Positions 1 to 10,082 of a stretch of DNA of 64,000 nucleotides are shown here, in pieces. The DNA lies in contig CAJMQJ010000002.1 in NCBI GenBank assembly GCA_905215525.1, positions 85,227 through 149,226 on the forward strand. Direction: 5' to 3'. Position numbers and translations under genes: made by a program. Below the pieces are notes generated by a model, which searched no databases, was not told the origin of the DNA, and worked only from the letters and a program-made list of their open reading frames with translations. Origin of the DNA: an uncultured bacterium (GTDB lineage: Bacteria; Actinomycetota; Coriobacteriia; Coriobacteriales; Coriobacteriaceae). The stretch's first letter is position 1, and every line of letters starts with the position of its first letter.

Positions 1-117
1 GCGGGCCGCGAGCTTCCGCTCAAGGTCCAGACGATTGTGAGCTATGTGGGCATCGCGCTCTTTGCGCTGCTGTTTGTCTATATGCTTCGTTCCGACATCC
101 TTCGATTTATTCTGTAG
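1..117 (+). CDS. rseP: 3' end of an upstream gene. The C-terminal hydrophobic tail (…VSYVGIALFALLFVYMLRSDILRFIL*) resembles RseP-type site-2 zinc metalloprotease.
   Basis: In-frame read from nt 1 to TAG at 115-117. Hydrophobic C-terminus and conserved dxr-rseP-ispG-proS synteny in many bacteria. Partial, so family call is tentative. Confidence 0.45.
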   Translation, partial: AGRELPLKVQTIVSYVGIALFALLFVYMLRSDILRFIL

Positions 118-121
118 GGGA

Positions 122-1213
122 GTGTTTGGTTTGTCTTTATCCCATCCTTTGCCTCGCGAGCTGACGCGCCCCGTGCATGTGGGCAGCGTGCAGATCGGTG
201 GCGGCGCGCCTGTGGTGGTCCAATCTATGACCTGCACCGATACTGCTGATGCCCAGGCAACGCTTGCGCAGGTGTGCGCGTTGGCGCAGGCTGGCTGCGA
301 TATCGTGCGCGTGAGTGTGCCCACCGAGGCCGCACTTGAGGGTTTCCGCACCATCTGCGCCGAGTCTCCGGTGCCGATTGTCGCCGATATCCACTTTAAC
401 CATAAACTCGCCATTGGTGCCGTTGAGGCCGGTGCTGCCAAGCTGCGCATCAATCCCGGCAATATTGGCGATTGGGCCAAGGTTGACGCGGTGATCGATG
501 CTGCGGGTGCCGCGGGCTGTGCGATTCGTATCGGCGTCAATGCCGGTTCGCTTGAGCAGGATATCGCCGAGCGCGACGACCTCACGCAGCCCGAAAAGCT
601 CGTGATGTCGAGTGAACGCTTTGTGCGGCACTTTGAGGACCGTGGGTTTACCAACATCGTGCTATCCGCCAAGGCCCATAGCGTACAGACGACACTTGAT
701 ACCTATCGCGCCCTGTCGCGCGAGATACCGCATGTTCCGCTCCACCTGGGCGTGACGGAGGCGGGGACCAAGCTTCAGGGCACCATCAAGAGCTCTGTAG
801 GCTTGGGTATCTTGCTTTCCGAAGGCATCGGTGACACCATGCGTGTGTCGCTCACGGCCGATCCGGTTGAGGAGCCGCCGGTCGCCTGGGGAATTCTACA
901 GTCGCTGGGCCTGCGTCGCCGTGGTCCCGAGATTGTCTCGTGCCCCACGTGCGCCCGCTGCCAGGTTAACCTGATTCCCATCGCCGAGGAGGTCACCGAG
1001 CGGCTTAAGAACTATTCCGCGCCGCTTTCGATCGCCGTGATGGGATGTGCGGTCAACGGCCCCGGAGAGGCATCTGACGCCGACCTGGGTGTTGCCTGCG
1101 GACGTGGTCAGGGCCTGCTCTTTTCGCATGGCCAGATCATTGGTAAAGTAGCTGAGGATCAAATTGTCGACGCGCTTATGGCCGAGGTCGACAAACTTAT
1201 TGAGGAGAAATAA
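122..1213 (+). CDS. ispG: 4-hydroxy-3-methylbut-2-enyl diphosphate synthase IspG (GcpE)
   Basis: ORF track 44..1213. Motifs VHVGSVQIGGGAPVVVQSMTCTDT and C-terminal CxxC…C cluster typical of IspG. The ORF-track start overlaps the upstream gene, so the likely start is GTG 122 or TTG 131 after SD GGGGGAG. The stop overlaps the proS start. Confidence 0.9.
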   Translation: MFGLSLSHPLPRELTRPVHVGSVQIGGGAPVVVQSMTCTDTADAQATLAQVCALAQAGCDIVRVSVPTEAALEGFRTICAESPVPIVADIHFNHKLAIGAVEAGAAKLRINPGNIGDWAKVDAVIDAAGAAGCAIRIGVNAGSLEQDIAERDDLTQPEKLVMSSERFVRHFEDRGFTNIVLSAKAHSVQTTLDTYRALSREIPHVPLHLGVTEAGTKLQGTIKSSVGLGILLSEGIGDTMRVSLTADPVEEPPVAWGILQSLGLRRRGPEIVSCPTCARCQVNLIPIAEEVTERLKNYSAPLSIAVMGCAVNGPGEASDADLGVACGRGQGLLFSHGQIIGKVAEDQIVDALMAEVDKLIEEK

Positions 1214-2935
1214 ATGACCCGAGCAATGTATATGTCTAAGCTCTATGCGCCGACGCTCAAAGAGGATCCGGCGGATGCCGAGCTAGCGAGCCACCGTCTG
1301 CTGCTTCGCGCTGGCATGATCCGCAAGGAGGCCGCCGGCCTGTATTCCTATCTGCCGCTCGCTTGGCGCTCGATCCGCAAGATCGAGAACATCGTGCGCG
1401 ACGAGATGGATGCCGCCGGTGCTCAGGAGCTCATGATGCCCATCATGGTCGATGCCGAGCTGTGGCGTGAGTCCGGCCGTATCGATGCCTATGGCAAGGA
1501 GCTTGTGCGCTTTGATGACCGCCACGGCCGCGAGTTTGTGCTCGGACCCACGCACGAGGAGACCGTGACTGCCCTGGTGCGCAATGAGTTGCGTTCCTAC
1601 AAGCAGCTGCCAGTGAACCTCTATCACATCCAGGATAAGTTCCGCGACGAGTTCCGTCCCCGTTTTGGCCTGATGCGCGGTCGCGAGTTCATCATGAAGG
1701 ACGCCTACAGCTTCTCTGCCACGCAGGAGAGCCTGCAGGAGGAGTACGACAAGATGAAGCAGGCCTACGCTAACATCTGCGAGCGCTGCTACATCAAGGC
1801 TCTGCCCGTTGTCGCCGACTCCGGCGAGATCGGTGGCGATACCTCCGTCGAGTACATGGCTCTGGCTGACGCTGGCGAGGCCTCGCTCGTCTACTGCGAC
1901 GATTGCGGTTTTGCCGCCGATGACGAGGCTGCAAGCACCAAGATCGTTGTGACCGAGGGCCCCGGCGACGGCACGCTCACCAAGGTCGAGACTCCGGGTA
2001 TGGGTACCATTGAGGCCGTCGCCAAGTTCTTTGGCTTCCCCGAGAACGGTACGCGAAAGTCGCTGGCGCTCATCGATGCCGAGGGCAAGCCCGTCGTGGC
2101 CATTGTCCCGGGCGATCATGAGCTCAACGACTGCAAGGCCGAGCATGTCTTTGGCAAGGGCTATCGCATGATGACCGACGAGGAGCTCCAGGCCTACGGG
2201 CTGCATAAGGGCTTTATCGGACCTGTTAACCTGCCCGAGGGCATTCGTCTGGTTTGCGACGAGAGCCTGCACGAGTCCAAGCAGTGGGCCTGTGGCGCCA
2301 ACGAGGCCGACTACCACTTTACCGGTGCCTGCCCCGAGCGCGACTTTACCGTCGATGAGTGGGCCGACCTAGTCACCGTCGTCGCCGGCGATCCCTGCCC
2401 GCACTGCGGCAAGCCGCTCTCTGCTGCCCGCGGCATCGAGGTCTCCCAGGTGTTCCAGCTGGGCACCAAGTATTCCGAGGCTATGGGTGCCACCTTTATG
2501 GACGAGGACGGCAAGGAGAAGCCGCTCGTCATGGGTTGCTACGGCGTTGGTGTGTCCCGCTCGCTTGCTGCCGTCGTGGAGCAGCACAACGACGAACACG
2601 GCATCGTCTGGCCGGTCTCCGTTGCCCCGTACGAGGTCGCGGTGATTCCGCTTGATCCCAAGAAGGAGGAGTGCGCTACCGTCTGCGATCAGATTGTTGA
2701 CGGTCTGTGCGCCGAGGGTATCGAGGTCGTCGTCGACGATCGCGACGAGCGTCCCGGCTTTAAGTTTGCCGATAACGACCTCATGGGCTTCCCGTATCAG
2801 GTCGTTCTGGGCAAGCGCGGCCTTAAGAATGGCACGGTGGAGCTCAAGGACCGTGCTACCGGCGAGCGTGAGGACGTGGCGATCGATGAGATCGTCGCTA
2901 AGGTCGCCGAGCTTGTGAAGGCAGCACGCCGTTAA
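1214..2935 (+). CDS. proS: Proline--tRNA ligase (bacterial-type ProRS with editing domain)
   Basis: 573 aa. N-terminus MSKLYAPTLKEDPADAELASHRLLLRAGMIRK and class II aaRS motifs. Immediately follows ispG. Confidence 0.95.
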   Translation: MTRAMYMSKLYAPTLKEDPADAELASHRLLLRAGMIRKEAAGLYSYLPLAWRSIRKIENIVRDEMDAAGAQELMMPIMVDAELWRESGRIDAYGKELVRFDDRHGREFVLGPTHEETVTALVRNELRSYKQLPVNLYHIQDKFRDEFRPRFGLMRGREFIMKDAYSFSATQESLQEEYDKMKQAYANICERCYIKALPVVADSGEIGGDTSVEYMALADAGEASLVYCDDCGFAADDEAASTKIVVTEGPGDGTLTKVETPGMGTIEAVAKFFGFPENGTRKSLALIDAEGKPVVAIVPGDHELNDCKAEHVFGKGYRMMTDEELQAYGLHKGFIGPVNLPEGIRLVCDESLHESKQWACGANEADYHFTGACPERDFTVDEWADLVTVVAGDPCPHCGKPLSAARGIEVSQVFQLGTKYSEAMGATFMDEDGKEKPLVMGCYGVGVSRSLAAVVEQHNDEHGIVWPVSVAPYEVAVIPLDPKKEECATVCDQIVDGLCAEGIEVVVDDRDERPGFKFADNDLMGFPYQVVLGKRGLKNGTVELKDRATGEREDVAIDEIVAKVAELVKAARR

Positions 2936-2965
2936 TCGACATTTCTGCTAGTAGATGTAATTGCG

Positions 2966-3013
2966 GGACTGCCCCGTATCTCTCTTAGGATGAGATGCGG
3001 GGCAGTCCTTTTT
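2966..3013 (+). terminator. Rho-independent terminator of proS
   Basis: Long GC-rich hairpin GGACTGCCCCG…CGGGGCAGTCC with an inner ATCTC/GAGAT extension, followed by TTTTTGTTG. Located 30 nt after the proS stop. Confidence 0.7.
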
Positions 3014-3043
3014 GTTGCGTGAATTAGCTCGACGGGTAAAAGA

Positions 3044-3077
3044 AAACCCCACAGCCCATATGAGCTGTGGGGTTTTC
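3044..3077. terminator. Bidirectional hairpin terminator (AAAACCCCACAGC…GCTGTGGGGTTTT)
   Basis: 9-13 bp stem flanked by an A-run on one side and a T-run on the other. Sits just downstream of the minus-strand APH-like gene stop at 3112. Confidence 0.6.
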
Positions 3078-3111
3078 TTGTGCCTCCGATGCGAAATAAA
3101 TCGCTCAGATA

Positions 3112-3876
3112 TTACTGATAATCGACGACGTCGATCCAGTTCTTCAGGAACTCATCGTTCACGTTGCGCTTACGAGCGAGCTCGGAAGCGGCGACGATGC
3201 TCGTCCACTGACGCATGACCTGCATGGGCATGTCGGCGCGGTCGCAGTAGAGCTCCAGGTAGGCCTCAGCCTGATCCTTGCTGTTGAGGGCGAAGAGCAG
3301 GTAGGTGGTGGCAACGTCGGCAGCAGGGGAGCCCTGGGTGGCGTGTGCCCAGTCGCACACATAGAGCTGGCCGTCGTCGCCGACGATGACGTTGGAGGGG
3401 TTGAAGTCGCCGTGGCAGACCTTGAACTCCTTGGTCATTCCGTCCAGACGCTCCTGAAGGTTGTAGCGCGTGGTGGCATTGAGCTGATCAAGGCTGTCGA
3501 TCATGCGGGCGAACTTGTCGCGCTGACGGTTGAGCAGCGGGGAGGTGTAGCCGTGGATCTCGATCTGGAGGTCGACGAACATCTCGAGATACTCACCAAA
3601 GCGCTGGGGCTCGGCAGTCATCTTCTCGGCAAGGGTGGTGCCCGGAACCTTCTCGGTCACGAGCGCCCAGCCGTTGGCGTTCTCGAGCTGGGAAACCTCG
3701 AGAGCCTTGGGGCTGCGGATGCCGCACTCATTGATGCGGGCAAGATTCAAAGCCTCGTTGAACACGTCGGAGACAGGCTTGGTCTCGTTAAAGACCTTGA
3801 CGATCTTGTCGCCCAGGTCGTAAACGACCTTGTTGCCACGGCGGACGAGCTCGGTCTTGGAATCGGGTAGCAGCAT
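3112..3876 (-). CDS. Aminoglycoside/choline-kinase-like phosphotransferase (APH/ChoK family), substrate unknown
   Basis: 254 aa. Brenner-type catalytic motif HGDFNPSNVIV and a DW… motif (VCDWAHA), typical of the APH/CotS/ChoK kinase fold. Monocistronic and flanked by terminators. Confidence 0.7.
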   Translation of the reverse strand: MLLPDSKTELVRRGNKVVYDLGDKIVKVFNETKPVSDVFNEALNLARINECGIRSPKALEVSQLENANGWALVTEKVPGTTLAEKMTAEPQRFGEYLEMFVDLQIEIHGYTSPLLNRQRDKFARMIDSLDQLNATTRYNLQERLDGMTKEFKVCHGDFNPSNVIVGDDGQLYVCDWAHATQGSPAADVATTYLLFALNSKDQAEAYLELYCDRADMPMQVMRQWTSIVAASELARKRNVNDEFLKNWIDVVDYQ

Positions 3877-3909
3877 GGTTGCATCCTTTCAACGATGCGA
3901 TAGAAGCGA

Positions 3910-3946
3910 CGGCGGGGGTGTGTGAAACACCCGTGCACCCCCGCCG
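3910..3946 (-). terminator. Hairpin downstream of adhE (CGGCGGGGGTG…CACCCCCGCCG), a possible terminator with a weak U-tract
   Basis: 11 bp perfect GC-rich stem between the adhE stop (3965) and the APH-like gene start (3876). The U-tract on the adhE strand is poor. Confidence 0.35.
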
Positions 3947-3964
3947 TTAAAAACCGTGCTAAAA

Positions 3965-6613
3965 CTAGCAGACGGCGTAGTCCTGAGGCTCGCGGCCGTA
4001 GTAGGCGTCCAGGTAGAGCTCCTTGATCTCGCTCATGAGCGGGTAGCGCGGGTTTGCGCCGGTGCACTGGTCGTTGAATGCCTGCTCGGTCATCTCGTCG
4101 AGGGTGTCGAGGAAGTACTGCTCGTCAACACCGTAGTCGGCGATGGTCTTCTTGACGCCGATGAAGTCCTTGAGCTCCTCGAGCTTCGTGATGAAGTTCT
4201 CGAAGACCTCCTTGTCGTCCTTGCCCTCGATGCCGCAGTACTTGGCCATCTCGGCGTAGTTGTGCAGCGCGTTGGGGTAAGGATACTGGGAGAAGGTACC
4301 CATCTTGACGGGAGCCTCGGCGGCGTTGTAGCGCATAACGCGGGTCAGGATGACGGCGTTGGCGAGGCCGTGGGGCAGGTGATGGAAGGCGCCGAGCTTG
4401 TGAGCCATGGAGTGGTTGAGGCCCAGGAAGGCGTTGGCGAAGGCCATACCGGCCATGCAAGAGGCGTTGTGCATCTCCTCGCGGGCATGCGGGTCCTTGG
4501 CGCCGTTCGTGAAGCTGGAGGGCAGGTTCTCGAAGACGAGCTTAGCAGCGCGCTCGGAGAGGCCCTTGGTGTAGTCGGAAGCCATGATGGAGACGTAGGA
4601 CTCGATGGCGTGGGTCATGACGTCGATGCCGGAGGCAGCGGTCAGGCCGCGCGGGGCGGTCATGCAGTTGTCGGCGTCGACGATAGCCATGTTGGGGAGC
4701 AGCGCGTAGTCGGCGAGCGGCCACTTGATGCCGGTCTCCTTGTCGGTGATGATGGCGAACGGCGTGCACTCGGAGCCGGTACCCGAAGAGGTCGGGACGG
4801 CGACGAAGTAGGCCTTCTTGCCCATCTCGGGGAAAGTGAAGATACGCTTGCGGATGTCCATGAAGTCCATGGCCATGTCCTCAAACTTGCACTCGGGGTG
4901 CTCGTACATCATCCACATGATCTTGCCGGCGTCCATAGCGGAGCCACCGCCGACGGCGATGATCACGTCAGGCTCAAAGAGAGCCATCTGCTTGGCGCCG
5001 CGACGTGCGCACTGCAGCGACGGATCGGGCTCGACGTCGTAGAAGCAGTCGTGGGCGATGCCCATCTCGTCGAGCTTGGCCTCGATGGCGCGGGTGTTGC
5101 CATTCTTGAAGAGGAACTGGTCGGTGACGATGAAGGCGCGCTTCTTGCCCATGACGGTACCGAGCTCGTCGAGGGCGACGGGCGTGGAACCCTTCTTGAA
5201 GTAGACCTTCTCGGGAGCGCGGAACCACAGCATGTTCTCACGGCGCTCGGCCACAGTCTTAACGTTGATCAAGTGCTTCACCCCAACGTTCTCGGAGACG
5301 GAGTTGCCGCCCCAGGAGCCGCAGCCCAGGGTCAGAGACGGCTTCATGCCAAAGTTGTACAGATCACCGATGCCGCCGTGCGAGGACGGGGTGTTGATGA
5401 CGATACGGCAGGCCTTCATGACGTGCTCGAACAGACTGATCTTCTCGGCCTGGGCGGGGTGCACGTACAGAGAGGCGGTGTGGCCCGGGCCACCGGCGAG
5501 CACCAGGTGCTCGGCCTTGTCGACGGCCTCCTGGAAGTCCTTGGCGTGATACATGGCCAGGACCGGGGAGAGCTTCTCGTGGGAGAACTCTTCCTTGGCG
5601 GGGTCGGTGGAGGTGACCTCGGCGATCAGGATCTTGGTCTTGGCGGGAACCTCGATGCCGGCGAGCTCGGCGATCTTGGCGGCAGCCATGCCGGGAATGC
5701 GGTGATCGAGGGCGCCGTTCTTGAACATGGCGGCACGCAGGGCCTCCATCTCGGCACCCTGCTTGACGAAATAGCAGCCGCGCTTCTGGAACTCGGCCTT
5801 AACCTGGTCATAGATGGTGTCGATGACGGTCACGGACTGCTCGGAAGCGCAGATCATGCCGTTGTCGAAGGTCTTGGAGTGGATGATGGAGTTGACGGCG
5901 AGCAGCACGTCGGCGGTGTCGTCGATGACGACCGGGGTGTTACCGGCGCCAACGCCCAGGGCGGGCTTGCCCGAGGAGTAGGCGGCCTTGACCATGCCCG
6001 GGCCACCGGTGGCGAGGATGATGTCGACGTCGCGCATGACCATGTTGGTCAGCTCGATGGAGGGGACATCGACCCAGCCGATGATACCCTCGGGGGCGCC
6101 GGCCTTGACGGCGGCGTCAAGCACGAGCTTGGCGGCGGCGATGGTGCACTTGGCGGCAGCCGGGTGCGGGGAGATGATGATGGCGTTGCGGGTCTTCAGG
6201 CTGATCAGTGTCTTGAAGATCGCAGTGGAGGTGGGGTTGGTCGTCGGGATGACGGCGCCCACGATACCGATGGGCTCGGCGATCTTGGTGATGCCATAAG
6301 CCTCGTCGCGCTCCAGGACACCACAGGTCTTGGTGTTCTTGTAAGCGTTGTAGATGTACTCTGCGGCGTAGTGGTTCTTGATGACCTTGTCCTCAAGAAC
6401 GCCGCGGCCGGTCTCCTCGATGGCCATCTTCGCCAACGGGATACGAGCCTTGTTGGCGGCCATGGCGGCCTCATAGAAGATCTTGTCGACCTGCTCCTGC
6501 GTGTACGTAGCAAAAAGCGCCTGGGCCTCTCGCATCTGAGCGAGCTTAGCCTCAAGCGCCTCTACGTTGTCCACAATTGCGGGAGTAGTGTTTTCCGGTG
6601 ACTTTTTCACCAT
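3965..6613 (-). CDS. adhE: Bifunctional acetaldehyde-CoA/alcohol dehydrogenase AdhE
   Basis: 882 aa. N-terminal ALDH domain and C-terminal Fe-ADH domain. High-confidence family match by sequence character (e.g. GGGSAMDAGK, HxxxH iron-site motifs). Confidence 0.95.
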   Translation of the reverse strand: MVKKSPENTTPAIVDNVEALEAKLAQMREAQALFATYTQEQVDKIFYEAAMAANKARIPLAKMAIEETGRGVLEDKVIKNHYAAEYIYNAYKNTKTCGVLERDEAYGITKIAEPIGIVGAVIPTTNPTSTAIFKTLISLKTRNAIIISPHPAAAKCTIAAAKLVLDAAVKAGAPEGIIGWVDVPSIELTNMVMRDVDIILATGGPGMVKAAYSSGKPALGVGAGNTPVVIDDTADVLLAVNSIIHSKTFDNGMICASEQSVTVIDTIYDQVKAEFQKRGCYFVKQGAEMEALRAAMFKNGALDHRIPGMAAAKIAELAGIEVPAKTKILIAEVTSTDPAKEEFSHEKLSPVLAMYHAKDFQEAVDKAEHLVLAGGPGHTASLYVHPAQAEKISLFEHVMKACRIVINTPSSHGGIGDLYNFGMKPSLTLGCGSWGGNSVSENVGVKHLINVKTVAERRENMLWFRAPEKVYFKKGSTPVALDELGTVMGKKRAFIVTDQFLFKNGNTRAIEAKLDEMGIAHDCFYDVEPDPSLQCARRGAKQMALFEPDVIIAVGGGSAMDAGKIMWMMYEHPECKFEDMAMDFMDIRKRIFTFPEMGKKAYFVAVPTSSGTGSECTPFAIITDKETGIKWPLADYALLPNMAIVDADNCMTAPRGLTAASGIDVMTHAIESYVSIMASDYTKGLSERAAKLVFENLPSSFTNGAKDPHAREEMHNASCMAGMAFANAFLGLNHSMAHKLGAFHHLPHGLANAVILTRVMRYNAAEAPVKMGTFSQYPYPNALHNYAEMAKYCGIEGKDDKEVFENFITKLEELKDFIGVKKTIADYGVDEQYFLDTLDEMTEQAFNDQCTGANPRYPLMSEIKELYLDAYYGREPQDYAVC

Positions 6614-6705
6614 TTGTGTCTCCTTGCGATCGGAGATTTACCCTACGTCTTGCATGATAGCAAGAAATAATTCGGTAAACGGTAAGATTCCCGTAAAAGG
6701 CATAC

Positions 6706-6737
6706 TAAAACGTTTCAACCAACTGAAACGTTTCAAC
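6706..6737. promoter_or_regulatory. Two tandem palindromic operator-like sites (TAAAACGTTTCAAC and CTGAAACGTTTCAA) in the adhE upstream region
   Basis: The direct repeat AAACGTTTCAAC occurs twice, 18 bp apart, and each copy contains a GAAACGTTTC palindrome with a central CG as in LacI-family operators. Located 95-125 bp upstream of the adhE start. Confidence 0.3.
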
Positions 6738-6767
6738 TATAACTATCTGCCTATTGCATTGCCCCGC

Positions 6768-7805
6768 TCATTGGGGACAGACTTACATGAGTGCTTTCAC
6801 TCATTTGTGACAGACATGGATTTGTCATTTTGCCGTTCTGGGCCTGTTTTTGGCGCAGATTGGATATAAATAGGTCACAGGCTCAGCATTTCGCGTTCCT
6901 TCTCTCCTTTTAGGTGTTGCCTGTACGGCTTTGAAAGGAGAGACCATGCCCCGATGCGCCCGCGAAATATCGCTCACCGGCTATTACCACGTCTTTGACC
7001 GCGGCAACTCCAAACAGATCATTTTTGAAGATGATTCCGACCGCTATCGTTTCTTATCGGACATCTCAGACAGGTTTGCGTGCCATGACGTGGCGGTGTT
7101 GGCCTGGTGCCTTATGGATAATCACTTCCATTTGATGGTTGATGACCCATATGACAACCTTTCAAAGGCAATGCAGTGCGCGCTGACGGCCTATGCCAAG
7201 TATTTCAATGGAAAAACGGGAAGAACGGGTCACCTGTTTGATAATCGCTATTCGCGGATCGCGGTCGAGTCGGACACGCAGGCGGTGCAGTTGCTCGATT
7301 ATATCCATCTCAATCCTGTGAAAGGTGTGCTCGACTCGCTCGATGCCTACCGCTGGTCAAGCTACAAGGCATACCAGCTGGGATACGATCCCTTTGATAT
7401 CTGTGACGCGGCTCCTATGCTCGATATTGTCGGAGGCTCTCGTTGCTATTGCGAGCATCTCGAGGAAGTTGCCGGGCGCATCTGGTCAGTGGAGATTCTT
7501 CCGCGCCGACGGATCCCCGATGAGGACGCCCTTTCCGTTGCGCGCGAAGTTTTGCCGAGCATGGATCCTGCGCTGCTCAAGGCCCTGCCACGCTCCGAAC
7601 GTGATGCCTGTCTGCTGAGGCTCAGGCGGGCACATCTCACGGTCAAGCAAATTGCCCGTATCACCGGTATCGGCGCTACAAGCGTGACCAAGGCCACTGT
7701 AGGCTGGAAGGAGGCAGCGTGAGGTAGGGGCCGAACCGCAGTCGGCATGCATTACGTCTGTCCCCAATGCGTGAAAACACTCATGTAAGTCTGTCCCCAA
7801 TGAGT
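6768..7805 (+). mobile_element. HuH-Y1 transposase gene (RAYT/IS200-like) flanked by inverted REP-like repeats, a 'REPtron'-like unit
   Basis: Left repeat 6768-6815 and right repeat 7756-7805 are reverse complements, with about 27 bp identical and about 88% identity over about 50 bp. Each contains two copies of the GTCTGTCCCCAATG/CATTGGGGACAGAC core. They flank the transposase ORF 6946-7722. Confidence 0.65.
6946..7722 (+). CDS. REP-associated tyrosine transposase / IS200-IS605-family Y1 (HuH) transposase with C-terminal HTH
   Basis: HuH motif DNHFHLMV and catalytic Y motif DYIHLNPVKG. The C-terminal helix-turn-helix LTVKQIARITGIGATSVTKA is longer than in canonical TnpA. The ORF track begins at TTG 6931; the likely ATG is at 6946 after AAAGGAGAG. 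Confidence 0.8.
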   Translation: MPRCAREISLTGYYHVFDRGNSKQIIFEDDSDRYRFLSDISDRFACHDVAVLAWCLMDNHFHLMVDDPYDNLSKAMQCALTAYAKYFNGKTGRTGHLFDNRYSRIAVESDTQAVQLLDYIHLNPVKGVLDSLDAYRWSSYKAYQLGYDPFDICDAAPMLDIVGGSRCYCEHLEEVAGRIWSVEILPRRRIPDEDALSVAREVLPSMDPALLKALPRSERDACLLRLRRAHLTVKQIARITGIGATSVTKATVGWKEAA

Positions 7806-7908
7806 GCAAAAAGGCGCCCTCCGTGGGGGAGGACGCCTTTGGTAAGTTCTATGTGAACGCGAGGTCTTTGACCCGGAGAGTCCGAGGTACTTGTTGGTAA
7901 GACCTTAT

Positions 7909-8097
7909 TTAGGAGCGCGCAACCTTGCCGGACTTGAGGCAGGTGGAGCAAACGTTCATCTTGCGACGGTGACCATCGACGACGACGTAGACACGCTGGA
8001 TGTTGGGGCGGAACTTACGGTTGGTGACGCGGTGAGAGTGGCTGATGGAGCGACCGGCAACGGGGTGCTTACCGCAAACTTCGCAAACTTTGGACAT
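7909..8097 (-). CDS. rpmB: 50S ribosomal protein L28
   Basis: MSKVCEVCGKHPVAGRSISHSHRVTNRKFRPNIQRVYV… (62 aa). The ORF-track start was trimmed to the internal Met, which is preceded by SD AGGAGG. Confidence 0.9.
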   Translation of the reverse strand: MSKVCEVCGKHPVAGRSISHSHRVTNRKFRPNIQRVYVVVDGHRRKMNVCSTCLKSGKVARS

Positions 8098-8536
8098 AAC
8101 TGACCCTCCTTGGGCGACAAACGAACATGTCGCGTTAACAAACAAGCCTGAACTATAGCACAGAAGCAGCTCCCTGTGCGTAATCTACACAGAGATATTC
8201 CTCTTTTGGCGATAGTGCTCACGCCACGGCCCTGGACGTAGATCCGATTTGCGTGCAGCAGAGGGGATTATGCCAGCTCGTGCGTGCGTTTTCAAGCTCG
8301 TCCCACAAATATATATAGGTTTATGGAGCGCCTGCGCCCGTTTACGGATTGTTCTGTATTTATGCTCGCAATTAAGCTCGAGGTTGGCTACACTATCCCT
8401 TGACCATTAAAGGGGTACGAGATACCCACATGGAATTACATAGCTGCCAAAGAGCAGCCCTTCCTGTGGGTGTCTGGTCCGCTTTAAGCGGTCGGGCATC
8501 TATTTTTTTGACTGTGTCAGCAGTCAAGACATGTGA

Positions 8537-10065
<1,529 letters not shown>

Positions 10066-10082
<17 letters not shown>

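Noticed and set aside
3956-6601. 881 aa + strand ORF fully antisense to adhE
   Set aside because: Extreme Gly/Val/Asp/Leu low complexity and no start context. It mirrors the codon structure of the adhE gene on the opposite strand, a typical high-GC antisense artefact.
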